A stretch of DNA of 62,809 nucleotides, the filler included, from Chiloscyllium plagiosum (lineage: Eukaryota), in NCBI RefSeq assembly GCF_004010195.1. It is 5 parts of one record of this genome, joined end to end, with 100 filler letters (N's around TTAATTAATTAA, not from the genome) between each part and the next. Parts side by side here need not be neighbours in the genome. Positions count along the whole stretch, not along the records: positions 11,246 to 33,682 come from NC_057710.1; 4 more parts are not named here. The stretch is one strand, 5' to 3'. Each line of letters opens with the position of its first letter. The stretch's first letter is position 1. A program made the position numbers and the translations under genes. The notes under the pieces were generated by a model. That model was not told the DNA's origin, ran no database searches, and worked only from the letters and a program-made list of their open reading frames with translations. Positions 13,425 through 25,699 of the stretch are shown here, in pieces.

Positions 13425-13697
13425 AAATTTACACGGTCTCCCTGTGTCTGCACGAGTTTCTGCTGGGTGCTCCAGTTTCCTCCCACTGTCCAAAAATCTG
13501 CAGGTTAGTTGGATTGGCCATGCTACACTGCCCTGTAGTGTCCAGAGATATGCAGGTTGGGTGGATTAGACATGGTTAATGCAGAGTTACAGGGATATGA
13601 AAGGGAGGTGGGTCTGCGTCGGATGTTTTTCGGAGGGTCGGTGCAGATTTGATGGGCTGAATGGCCTCTTTCCACAGTATAGAGATTCTATGATTCA
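13425..13697 (+). mobile_element. V-SINE, 5'-truncated and diverged
   Basis: V-domain and CR1-like tail ending in gattctatgatt. Confidence 0.75.
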
Positions 13698-14559
13698 TGA
13701 CCAGGTTCTCTCAGTTTATCATCAATGTCACCAAATGACAGCATTGTTGGCAGACCAACAGAGCCAACAAATTTTCTCCTGCTGGCTTCCAAAACAAGCA
13801 AAAAATTCAATATAATATTTAACTTACTTAAAGTGCAACCATAAATAGCCTCAGGTCCTTAAGCATTTTATGTACATTAGGTACAGCAATTTGAGACATG
13901 GGTGGTAAAAGGTGCAGAAGCATATTTGTCACAACTACATCATTAACATTATTTTTGACTTCTTCCTGTTTGGTGCAGAAGCATACTGTACCCACTGAAT
14001 CCTACTAAAAATGTACATGATTTACAAAAGGAAGAGTGATCTGATGTTATGATTCCTATTTCCTCATTTGACCTATTGTACCCTTTGAATTAGCATACAC
14101 TGACATAATTGACATGAAAATTGACCTGAACAAATTCAGATATGAGTAGCTCGCACAATGTGTACAAGGTTACTGCCCTAAAACTGTTTAAAGTGCTTTT
14201 ACATCTAACAGTCAAAAAGAAGTCTCTAATGGGCTCGCAAAAAGGACTTTGTAAGACAAAAGCATAACTAATTTGGTAGTCTAAGCACTAATAATGAAAT
14301 CCACATTCTGCATAAGAATTAAGTGCTTAATCTGAGGCCACAATTCAGGTCGTACAAGGTTATGCATAGCCTGCTGCTTTATTAACTCCTATATATAGGC
14401 TCAACTTGCCTCGAGTTTCCAACTGAAAAATAATCTGTAGTTATGCATCATCTCATGCTTTAAAAACACTAAAAATAAAAATGGGAGGCTTTGATGTTCC
14501 TCTGTTTTGCAGCTGGGAAATCACACAGGGAAAAAGTGTGTAACACCAATTAAGTTAAA

Positions 14560-14870
14560 AAAAATCACACAACACTAGGTTATGGGTTTATTTGAAAATA
14601 CTAGCTTTTGGAGCACTGTTACTTCATCAGGTGTTAATGACAGAGGAAGACCTTAGACGCAGAATTTATAAGGAAAAGATGAAAGGGACATACAACTCAT
14701 CAGACTTACCATGGACTTACTTTGGAATCAGTCTCATTCTTGGACACACGCATCTCCATCAAAGATGGACACCTCAGTACCTCACTCTACCACAAGCCCA
14801 CAGATAATCTTATGATGCTGTATGTCTCTAGCTTCCACCCTAAACATATTGGAAAAGCCATCTCCTACCA
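14560..14870. mobile_element. PLE: inverted pLTR (14560-14640, minus) followed by RT fragment (plus)
   Basis: ESVSFLDTRISIKDGHLSTSLYHKPTDNLMML..FHPKHI matches PLE RT domain 7 and thumb. The terminus matches the family at 19231-19410. Confidence 0.75.
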
Positions 14871-16388
14871 TGCTGGAAGTGGCTTTGACAAGATGAAGTG
14901 GGAATTCTGCCCCTCAGGAAAAGGAAGTCAACCCTCCCCCTCCAACATGCCCAGTGTTGCCAGACAGTCTGAACAACCACCAACTCTTTATTGCCAGCAG
15001 TTCCAGCTGCAAGTGGAGATAATTGCTGGGTGCGCAATCTATCCTAGTGAAAGGAAAATTGGTACTGGACTTAATGATATACCAGCAGTGATTATTTCCC
15101 ACCCTTCCGCCCTCTGAAAGCATCACAGGAGACTGATGGATAACTTCCCTGGGGTGGGGTGTGTGTGTATCCCCAATAGGATACTCTGTTCCCTACAAAA
15201 GCCCTGCCAGTATAAAGAGCTACCTGACATGACCACTTCCCTCAGCCCTCCCATTTGCCACCTCCACATCCTAATCCCACCAGGACAAGCCCACTCCCAT
15301 TCTACTTCTCTTATCTCTGGGCTTCCATTATCGGCTTGGACTGGGGGCTGAATATAGCTGCCTCAGTGGCTACTGATGTCGTTGTCAAGACATCCTGCTT
15401 CTTGTGGGCAGAAGCCTTAACTTCAGACAACTCATTCCCAGAGACACACACAATAACATTGTGGTTTCCAGGACTGGTAAATTTGTATGTGACTGAAGGC
15501 AGAGCCACTGTTCTCAGTGTTGAAGTCCAGACTCCCTGTCTATTGGGAGAGAGAGAGGTCTAACAATCCAGCCATAATTAGACTAATAGCCAGAGACAAG
15601 TTTTCTCTTCCTGGATAAGCGTTTATTTCTTGATTTATAACCTTAGTTTAAGCTTGGAAGGTGGTGATATCTGTGTTGGTTGGGTAGCTACATTGGCTGG
15701 GTAGCTACATTGGCTGGATGTCAGGTTTACAATGCAAAGTGCCACCAACAGTATGCAGTCAATTCCTGTACAGGTCTCCAGGTAGGCCATACTTTCTCAG
15801 CCTTTCCCCTCACCTGGAGCATGGTGACTCTTTGGTGAAGTTTATCATAGTTGTCTCTTTCCCATGCACGGCGGTCTAAAATTGTCAGCAATATATGTCA
15901 CTTCATTCTGGGTCTTTGGCTACTACAGCAAAACAATGAATAAATGACTCCTGATTGACTGGTTTTGTTGGTGCTAAACAGGAAGTAGTTAGCTTCTTGG
16001 AGATGCTAGAAACCCCTTCTCCAAACTACAAGTGCTGCAGGAAACCCGTAAATGGAGAACTCGTGATGCCTGAATCAGTGACAGGAAAATAATGCACAGA
16101 CCCCTCTGAAGTTGCTCTGAAATACTCAGTGTTATGAAGAAACAGCAATGGAGTGGGACTATTCGTCAAATCCTTGTAACAAAATACATTAACCAAGCAT
16201 AGAAAGACAATTTATTTACACATCTTTATGTTCTGGGCAATGGCAAAGATCACTCCCAAGTGAATGGATGTGCTTGTGTTCGATTTATATTAAAACTCAA
16301 TTTGAAAGCTGTGACTATGAATCAATTTCATAAGCTATCCCAATGATAATAATGGAATTACTGCGTGTGAATCATCAACATAACTGCA

Positions 16389-18121
16389 GGGACTGGATTT
16401 TACAGTCATGCCCCTCACTTCCCCTTCAGTCATGATTTCAGTGGGGGAATAGGGATATGTAAAATATCTGGTACTCCCAGTCAACCAACTTCGAGCCCAG
16501 GCCATAGCTGCCCATCATAAAATGGTGGTTACCAAGCTAACTCATTCTACTGCCTGTGTCATAATACGTTTAGCGTGGGCAGGCAGATTGTGTAGGCTGT
16601 TTCAGCAAGCTGGGTTGGAAAATATTATCAAGGTAAATGAAGGGCACATCTTCTGGAGATGCTCTGTGCTGCTCGGAGGCACATCCCATGCAAGCTGTTA
16701 TTCCACCTTTATTCCCCCATGCCTAACCTCCAAAACAGGCTCCTGCATCACTACCCCCCTCCCCGCCCCTCCACTACCCCAACTCCCAAGGATGTCTGAT
16801 TTCTCCAGACCCAAAAAGGCATGGCTCACTTGTGTTCAGCTTCTGGATTAGTGGTGCTGGAAGAGCACAGCAGTTCAGGCAGCATCCAAGGAGCTTCGAA
16901 ATCGACGTTTTGGGAAAAAGCCCTTCATCAGGAATAATCTATCCTCTCTTCTGCATTGGCCCACTTTCAGTTCTGGCAGCACCCATGGCCAAGTTCTGAT
17001 GTAGCAGGGTTTCCCAGCAGTAGCTGGTGATAGTGAGGAAGAGCAACAAACAAGGGAAGCTAAGTAATCCCTGTGGAATATCTCTGGAGGAGCTGGGACA
17101 GAGCAAGCACCTACAAGGAGGGTAAGAGCGAGAGAGAGATAAAAGGACTGCTCAACCACAATATGCAACTACAGGCTCAATTCAATGTAAATACCCCCTT
17201 TTCTGAATTTCATCCTTAATTTCTCTAAATGTTTGTAAAGGAGATGTGTGAGGCAATTTTGTTTTTACAGAGAGAGTGAGAGATGCCTGGAACTTGCTGC
17301 CATGGGAGGTTGTCAAAGCATATACAATAACCATGTCTAAGGGGTATTTAGACAGACTCATGAATAGGCAAGGAACAGAGGAATATGGAGCCTGTACAGG
17401 CAGATGGGATTAGTTTAGAATGGCATCATGGTTGGCATATGTGTTCTTTGATCTATGTACTGGTGGAGATCACCATGAAAGTCTTGTCTTTGCAAACTTG
17501 CCCCTCAGCTGAGGCATGGTGACCCTCAGGTTAAACCATCACCAGTCCTATTGCTCTGATGAGCAAGCATTCCTAAAGGCTTCTGAGACTGTAGAAACTT
17601 ACTTTTACCTGTAGTTGCTGGGGTGGCAAGTCTCAAACAGGAAAATATGTAGTTGGGCCTCTAGCCAGGAGGTGGCAGCAGGACAGGAGGCTGCTGAGCA
17701 GGGAATTGAACAGTTCCTTTAGACCATCTCTGGAGGAAGAGGTATCTTCGTCAGGTTGGGGTTGGAGTAAGGGGCCTCATTATATGTGCAATTACATGTT
17801 TGATCCAATGTAAACACACTTTTCATAATTTTAGCCTTAATTTCTCTGAATATTTGTAAAGTCCTAATGCTAGTGGGACAAAGAATTCCTGCTTCATAAC
17901 CTTTGAGCTGGTCATGAGCTTAAGTTTAATGTTACATTAGAACGTTAGAATTGACAGCAGCTCTTGAGGGCAGCATTTCTTCCAGTGAGACGCGTCAGTT
18001 CTATTCTCAGCCTGTTTAGGTTTTACAGGTTCTTAGCTGTCAAGAAACATTTCTACTGAGAGAAGGGGTGGAGAGAAGCAAGCAGTTTGTACCAAGCCAC
18101 AACCTCTGTAAAATCCAGCCT
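16389..18121. mobile_element. Possible non-autonomous TIR DNA element carrying nested repeats
   Basis: 13-bp exact inverted repeat: ctggattttacag 16393-16405 / ctgtaaaatccag 18106-18118. No TSD confirmed. Confidence 0.3.
16836..16935 (-). mobile_element. PLE pLTR fragment
   Basis: Matches 55990-56078 and the reverse complement of 54690-54790. Confidence 0.8.
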
Positions 18122-18649
18122 CCGGAGAAACAGAAATCCTTACACCTCTAACATGACGTTGGTAACAATGAGAAGTAATTTTCCAACTTGTTACCCTCAG
18201 CGAAGCAATATCAAAATGTTTATCAGAAATTCTGAGGTGATATTTTGTTTTAAGTATAGGCTGGAAGATTGTACATCTGAATTTCTGATGCACCTTATTG
18301 GCTGCAGAGACCAGTCAGCAGCAAACAGTCACAAAATGAACCTTTTGGAGTTTACCTTTCATTTGATACATTGGCAGGTTTTGCCTCTGTCTCATATTTG
18401 GGATCTCTTTCATGGATCAAATTGAGGAAGAGAAAACTGAATAAAATACCAGTTGAAAGATCTTTAATTTTACAACTGGAGTTACATTTCTGAAGCTGTA
18501 TGTGTCATTGGTAGGACTTTGCATATACAGTAATGGCTGTCATATCAGAAAATTGTCAATGCATTATTCATTACTTTAAATCGTTTTTGCCCCAAGTTGG
18601 GTGCTGTTTGCAAGGCTCAACATGTGGTCATGAAAAATATATTTGCCTG

Positions 18650-18874
18650 GAGAAAGTGAGGTCTGCAGATGCTGGAGATCAAAGTTGAAACTTTATTGCT
18701 GGAACAGCACAGCAGGTCAGGCAGCATCCAGGGAACAGGAGATTCGACGTTTCGGGCACAGGCCCTTCTTCAGGAATGAGCTCATTCCTGAAGAAGGGCC
18801 TGTGCCCGAAACGTCGAATCTCCTGTTCCCTGGATGCTGCCTGACCTGCTGTGCTGTTCCAGCAATAAAGTTTC
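18650..18874. mobile_element. Perfect fold-back PLE pLTR insertion
   Basis: Perfect loopless palindrome 18685-18876. Perfect 16-bp TSD aaaatatatttgcctg at 18634-18649 / 18875-18890. Confidence 0.95.
18784..18819 (+). ncRNA. Minimal hammerhead ribozyme motif (mirror copy at 18742-18777, minus strand)
   Basis: attc-CTGAAGA-a-GGGC(ctgt)GCCC-GAAACGTC-gaat, with a perfect 4-bp stem I. Confidence 0.8.
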
Positions 18875-19230
18875 AAAATATATTTGCCTGCCTGTCTAGA
18901 CTGCTACTTTAGATTGTTTGTGAATAGGGCACGGTGGTGACGATGAAAAGAGTAGTAATTAAGTTGTGCAGTAAAGTCAATATAGGAATTGATTTGTTGT
19001 GTTGTTGCATTTTATTGCTATTATATTTCAAAATTATAATTAAAATATGTATAAATTTAGCCCTGTGTCATTCATTTTCACTCTGGATAATACAGGTTCC
19101 TTGTCTAGGCAACACTGGGAACAATGGTAAATCACATACTCACAGCAAAACCTAATATACAGTCACAGAATTAATATCATAAAAGGAGGCTATTTCGTCC
19201 ATTATCTCTTTGTAGAGTAATCCAATTAAC

Positions 19231-19410
19231 AATCATACAACACCAGGTTATAGTCCAATAGGTTTATTGGGAAGTACTAGCCTTCAGTAGCTGATGAAGG
19301 AGCAGCACTCCGAAAGCTAGAACTTCCAAATAAATCTGTTGGACTATAACCTGGTGTTTGTGATGTTAACTTTGTCAACCCCCGTCCAACACTAGCAATT
19401 CATTATGGAA
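19231..19410. mobile_element. Fold-back pLTR insertion of a third PLE family
   Basis: Inverted arms caccaggttatagtccaa / ttggactataacctggtg and CTGATGA-a-GGAG..CTCC-GAAAGCTA at 19291-19319. TSD taatccaattaac 19218-19230 / taatccaatcagc 19411-19423. Confidence 0.8.
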
Positions 19411-21089
19411 TAATCCAATCAGCTTCATTCCTCCTTTGGCTCTAAAGCCCGACAAGTTCATTTTTTCCAATGTTCATCTAATTTCCTTTTGAAGTCATTG
19501 ATTGCATCTTCGTCACATCCTAAAGTGCAGTGACTAGAACTGAATGCAAAACTCTAGTTATGACTCTGGAGAAGTTTTATAAAGGTTTGGCATTACTTCC
19601 CTATTTTTATACTCAATACCCCTATTTATGAAACCCCAGATCCTACATGGTCTGCTAACTGCTGTCTCTGTATGCTCTGCACATGAACACGCATGTTCAT
19701 CTCTGGCTGCCTACTATTTGGAACTGTTCCATTAAGTCTGTTTTGTTGTTCTTTATCATTTCAGCCATACTTTAAAACATTGCAGTTCTTTATTAAATTC
19801 CATGTGCGACCTTCTCACATTATGTTGACCTTGCTCTGTCTGTAAGCACTGTTTACCATTGTCCAGTTTGAAAAACAACCAAGAATCAAGATTTGCTGTC
19901 TTTATTCTTTATTCAAGCTGACACTGACCCTTCTATTCCATGAGCCAATACTTTGTTAATCAACTTTTTATATAGTATGGTATCTGTGACTGTTTTCTTA
20001 ATGACTATATGGATATTAGACTTCATACTGCCCTCATCCACATTCTGTTATTTCATCAAAAGCTTCAAGTAGATCAAGATCAGTCCAACATGATTTGCCC
20101 TTTACAATTCTCTTCAATTAATTCAAAACTATCCAAGTGCCTGTTAACTCTGATTGTTGTTTCTAAAATTGGACCCTCCACTAATAATCAAAATGCTCCA
20201 AATGCCTTTACTTGCCTTCTTGAACAAGAGTGCCAAATTTGTCACTCTCTAATTCCTAGGAAATTCCAGGTATTTCACCCATATCTAGGGAAATTCTGAC
20301 CAGCGCTTCACCTCTTGGAATGCAAACCATCAGGTTAAGCACAGCAACCAACTCCCAGTATAGCCAACCTTTCTTGTGCATTCTGTTTACTTTCTCAAAT
20401 TTCATCAAGTCATCAAATTTCATTAACTTTGTTTGATCGACTACCTCTCCCTCAAGTTCAATTGATATTTTGTCAATATCCACTTCCTTAGGAAACACCA
20501 GTGGAAAGTAATCATGATGTATTCTCGGTCTGTCTATATTTCTAAGCATACATCATGAGCCAGAAGGCCCAGGTCCAAATCTCATCTCTTCTAGAGGTAT
20601 GTAACAACTCCCCTGAATAGGCTGATTAGAAAATATCTACATCATCTTCCTTATTCCTTCTAGGTCCTGCTTATTGCTACTATATATTCTTTACTTGCCT
20701 GTAGAAGATTTTGGCATTCCTATTTCTGTTAATTACCATTTTATTACATTTACTTGATTCCAGTCTTAATTTCCTCTTCAATTCTGCTCCAAATATGTTG
20801 TGTTGCACTTGAAGAATGTTCTTAATATGCTTCATACACCCTTTTTTTTTGTTTTATTATGTTCGTGATCTCCCTCAGAATTGAATAAACTCTGGCAATA
20901 GTTCCTCTATCTTTCCCCCGGTTGCAATAATATTTGAAACATAATCTCTGTAAAAACTTTGGTTCTATCTCACCTTGGTTAGATCCCCTTCATCCCATTG
21001 AAGTTAGCCATTTTCCAGTTTAGAAGTTCTAATGTATATATTTCCTTTCTCTTTTCCATAACTCATTTAAAGATTACATATACATACAA

Positions 21090-22240
21090 ATATATGAAAC
21101 ATATGAAGAAAGCCCTCGGCCCCTCAAGCATGTTCCCCTACTCAATGGTTGATCTGATTGTAAACTCAAATCCACATTTCTACCCATGATAACCTTTCAG
21201 CCCTTTGCATTCCAAGACTTTACTTACTCTGCCTTAAAGACTCTGATATTCAAAGACTTTGTATTATACCATGTTTTCAGGAAGAGAACGCCAAAGACTT
21301 GGTAGACATTGAGAGTAAAAATTTTGCCAATATATATTATCATGTATGCTAATGCATGCTATTTTCTAAATGGGTAACTCCTGGTTTTTAATCCATGGCC
21401 TCTAGTTTTAGATTTTCCCATAAGAAGAAACATCTTCACCAAATGTTCGTACCCCTCGTGATTCTATACTTTTTTGGTGAAGTCACTTCTTAATCTTCTA
21501 GATTCCAAGAAATACTATCCTATTCAACCTTATCAGAAAACTCACCCATTCTAGACAATGATCTATTAAGCCATCTCTGAACTGCCTCCTAGCATTTACA
21601 TCCTTCCTTAAATAAAGTGGCCAATACTGTACACATTGCTCTCCAGATGTGGTCTCAGCAGTGCCCTGGATAACTGAAGCATAACTTTTCTACTTTGCTA
21701 ATCAATTCCCCTCATGTTAAATAATAACGTTCTATTAACCTTCCTAATTACTTGCTGTACCTGCACATTAACCTTCTGCAATTTATGCATGAGGACACAC
21801 AAATTTCTCTGCATCTAAGCTCTGTAATCTCTCACCATTTAGATAATATGCTTTTTAAAATTTTTCCTGCCAAGATGGGCAATTTCACATCTTCCCACAT
21901 TAAACTTCATTTGCCACATAATTGATTGCTCACTTAACCCATCTATATCTTTTTCTATCCTCCTTATGTTCTCTTTACAACTTACGTTTCTACCTGTCTT
22001 TGTGTCATCAGCAAATTTGGCAATTGTACCTTTTGTCTCTTCGTCCAACGCATTTATATAAATGACAGACAGTTGAAGTCCCAGCATTGATTGCTGTAAC
22101 ACCTCTTACCAACCTGAAAAATACTCATTTACAATTATTTTGCATTCAGTCAGCTGGCGAAACATTTATACATCTGCAACCCCTACATCATGAGTTATTA
22201 GTTTCCACAATAACCTTTGATGTGGTACCTTATTAAATGT
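21090..22240 (-). mobile_element. CR1 LINE RT and 3' end, decayed
   Basis: ORF 21839-22102 reads IYINALDE..IAKFADDTK..WQMKFNVGRC. Confidence 0.85.
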
Positions 22241-23069
22241 AATAATCACTTTTTACCCAAATGTTATCCCATAGACACTTGATCCAATCATCCCACAGCA
22301 TCAGATCCACCTGCTTTCCTAGATGGACAGAGAACAATGCTCATCATGGAAGTTTTCCTGAACAAATTAGCAATTGTTCCCATTTCGCCCCTCACTCTTC
22401 GTTCAAATATTGTGCTTCTCCAGGTAGCATTCTCGCTTATCTGAAGGTTGCCAAACTATGAGGAAAGATGAAGAGGGAAGCCCCATGTGTACTCAGTGAG
22501 AACAGAATTGATCCCTGTTGGCATTATTTTGAACCACATGATAACTGGCAAGGCCTCTCAGGAAGTGACAATTCAAATGATCTGTAAGCCTTTGATTTGT
22601 GGGTAGGTGGGATTGCTGCGACTGATCTCCTTGATCCTGGGATGGCCTGAATGATTCTTAATATTATGAGACCTTTTGAAAGAGGGTAATATAGATTTGC
22701 CTCCAATCAACAGCCAACACCTTTGGTGCCTCTGTAAACTAGCTGTTTATAATAGATATTTCAGCATTGAATTCCTTATAGTCACTTTAGTCTCTTCCTA
22801 TCTGATGTGATGCTATTTTCTTCTCTAGTACTGTTAAGATAAATAATGTCCAGTTACATTACTATTATTCTATAATTACAAAATTGACTATCATTCCAGA
22901 CTGTATTTAAATTCCATTTATTGTTCACATTTTCAGACTTTGGATGAATAACTTACAATGTTGTGGCTGAAAGTTTCCTCAAGTTACAAGCACACCTCAG
23001 GTGATCAATCCATAGCTGATGTAGTCAGTCAATTCAACAAACTTGCTTCTGTTTTCTTTGTCATCCAAT

Positions 23070-23940
23070 CATCCAGCACTGAAGCAGGCCCTTCAGCCAA
23101 AATCGTCCTAGCTGACCAGGTTTCTTAAACTGAACTTATCCCATTTTCCTGCATTTTCCAGAAATTGCTCTCTTTCCTATCCATGTACCTGTGCAAATGA
23201 CTTTTAAATGCTGTAATTGTACCTGCAGCTCGTTCCATATACACCTACCCTCTGAGTGAAAGTGTTGCACCTCAGATATAGAACATAGAACATAGAACAT
23301 TACAGCACAGTACAGGCCCTTCAGCCCTCGATGTTGCGTCGACGTGTCATACCAATCTGAAGCCCATCTAATCTACACTATTCCATGTACGTTCATATGC
23401 TTGTCCAATGACGACTTAAATATTTCCCCTCTCAGTTTAAACCCATGGCCCCTAGTTTTGGACTCCCCTACCCCAGGGAAAAGATCTTTGCTATTCCCCT
23501 TATCTAAACCCCTCATGGTTTGTATCGAGTTCTGTAAGGTCACCTCTCAGCCTCCTACGTTCAAGGAAGGAATGACCCACCTTATCAAGCCTCTCCTTTT
23601 AACTCAAACCTTCCAGTCTTGGTAACATTTTTGTACCCTTTCCAGTTTAATAACATTCTTCTTATAACAGGGCAACCAGATGTGTCTGCAGTACTCCAAA
23701 TGTAGCCTTACCAAGTCCTTGTAACAAGACACCCTGTAGTCAATGCTCTGACTGATGAAGGCAAGCATGACAAATACACTCTTCATCATCTTATTTCATT
23801 GTGATGCCACTTTCAAAGAACTATGTACCTGCATCCCTAAGTTCTCTGTTCACTCCCCAGGGCCCTACTATTAACTGCCTTACCAAAATGCCTATTGTAC
23901 TGTAAGGTGACCTTCATCACTGTTCCACCAATTTTGGTGG
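23070..23940 (-). mobile_element. CR1 LINE 3' fragments (nested)
   Basis: ORF 23604-23789 reads LVRLHLEYC..W.P..KLERVQ, with an internal (atagaac)n tail at about 23278-23300. Confidence 0.8.
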
Positions 23941-24478
23941 GATAGTGGACACATCAAGTGTCTTGATGTTCCCATGAGGTACAAGAATTGCAAGCACCAG
24001 CTCTCAGCTGCTCAATCATGATCTATATGAGAATGATATTATTCCTCTTTCAGAATTTAGGTAACACATTGTTTAACTATTAATTTTAATTCATGCCTCT
24101 AGACCAAATCTGTACTCATTAATTTACTTCCTACTTATTCTATGTAAAATGTTTTACTTTCTAGTCCTCAGCTTAAACCAATGCCTTAGTTTATTTTAGA
24201 GAGAAAGAAAAGAGAAATACTTAGCATTATGTCATTTATTTGAACCATCTGTTTCAGTCTTTCAGTTTAACGTTTGCCAAGAAACTTTACTTTCAATAAT
24301 GAGATAGCTGATATCTTTTTTCAGTTTCCACACTGACAGTATTCAGCATAAGCTAGTTACAACATAGCCTCTATTCTACCGTTCATTCTTCACCTTAGTT
24401 ATAACAATGTAAGTTATAGAGCAGCACCATGTTTGTAATATTTCCCTTTGTCAATGTTATCCTTTATTATATCTGAGT

Positions 24479-24989
24479 CAGGAAGTGTGGAGCTGGAAAA
24501 GCACAGCCGGTCAGGCAGCATCCGAGGAGCAGAAGAATTGACGTTTCAAGCATAAGCTTAAATCAGGAATGTGAGGGGAGGGAGTGGTGCCCAAGGGCCC
24601 AGTCAATTTCACCAGTTTCCTCATCTCCCCTCCCCCGATCGTATCCCAGATCCCACTCTCCAACTCAGCACGACCGTCTTGAACTGTCCTATCTGTCCAT
24701 CTTCCTTTCCACCTATCCGCTCAACCTGTTGCTCCAACTTTTCACCATCATCCCCCACCTTCATCTACTTTTCGCATTCTCAGGCCACCTCCCCCCAGCC
24801 AACTCCCCTCCCATTTATCTCTCAGCCCCTTTGGGCCACCCCACATTCCTGTTGAAGGGCTTATGCTTGAAATAGTGCTTATATTGAACTCCATCAGCCA
24901 CAGTTCCCTCCTGCTACCTAACCAGCTGTACTTTTCCAGCACCGCACTTTTTGACTCTGATCTCCAGCACCTGCAGTCTTCACTTTCTC
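24479..24989. mobile_element. Older PLE insertion: short inverted pLTR followed by a plus-strand pLTR
   Basis: Minus arm 24479-24570 and plus arm about 24595-24989. Degenerate TSD cctttattatatctgagt 24461-24478 / cctttactatacctgtgt 24990-25007. Confidence 0.75.
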
Positions 24990-25699
24990 CCTTTACTATA
25001 CCTGTGTGTACAATCATCCAAATTACATCAGCTCAAGTACAATTTGAATTTGTCCAACAGTATTCAATAACATTTTAACCTGTCAAGGCCGTTCTACTTT
25101 GAATCTTATTTAGCCATTGGACAGCAAAAACATTTGATCTATTTAGAATCAAACCCTGGAGGCAGCAGTGCTAACCTCCGAGCCACCCTGCCCCCCAATT
25201 TCTTAGCTGTATTTCAAAATCAAGTATAGTAGACTGCAATCTGACAATACATGGAAGGAAAACTAAATAAAGAATCTAAAATTAAAATTAGAATTTTTTT
25301 TAAATTGCAGTTTTTCTTTCATTGGTATTATTTATTCAAATCTTGTTATTTCCTCTGTTTCATTGTGTTAATTTACAGCACCACAGACTGATTCTGTACA
25401 GAATACCAATACCAGAGACATCACACTGTGACAAAACGTCATCACTATTTCATTCTTTTTGAAGAGCGATTGCTTCCCATAGGAGCAACTCGTCTATGAA
25501 TGTATCTCATTAGGCGAGTAATTAGTAAAGATATTAATACTGTCCTTTCTAGACGAGAAAAGAATACTGTCCTTTCTGAGTGCTACAGCATCAGGTGATA
25601 CCATTAAACACAAGTAATGATTCAAGATGCTTAGTAGTACATTGGATGCCCTGATTCCATGTTGTAAATGTCCTACAGTAAACTACATAACCTGGTGTC

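Noticed and set aside
18643..18912. Identical peptides on both strands (also 7104-7430 and the recurring PETSILLLLGCC peptides)
   Set aside because: They are a consequence of palindromic or repeated pLTR DNA, not proteins.
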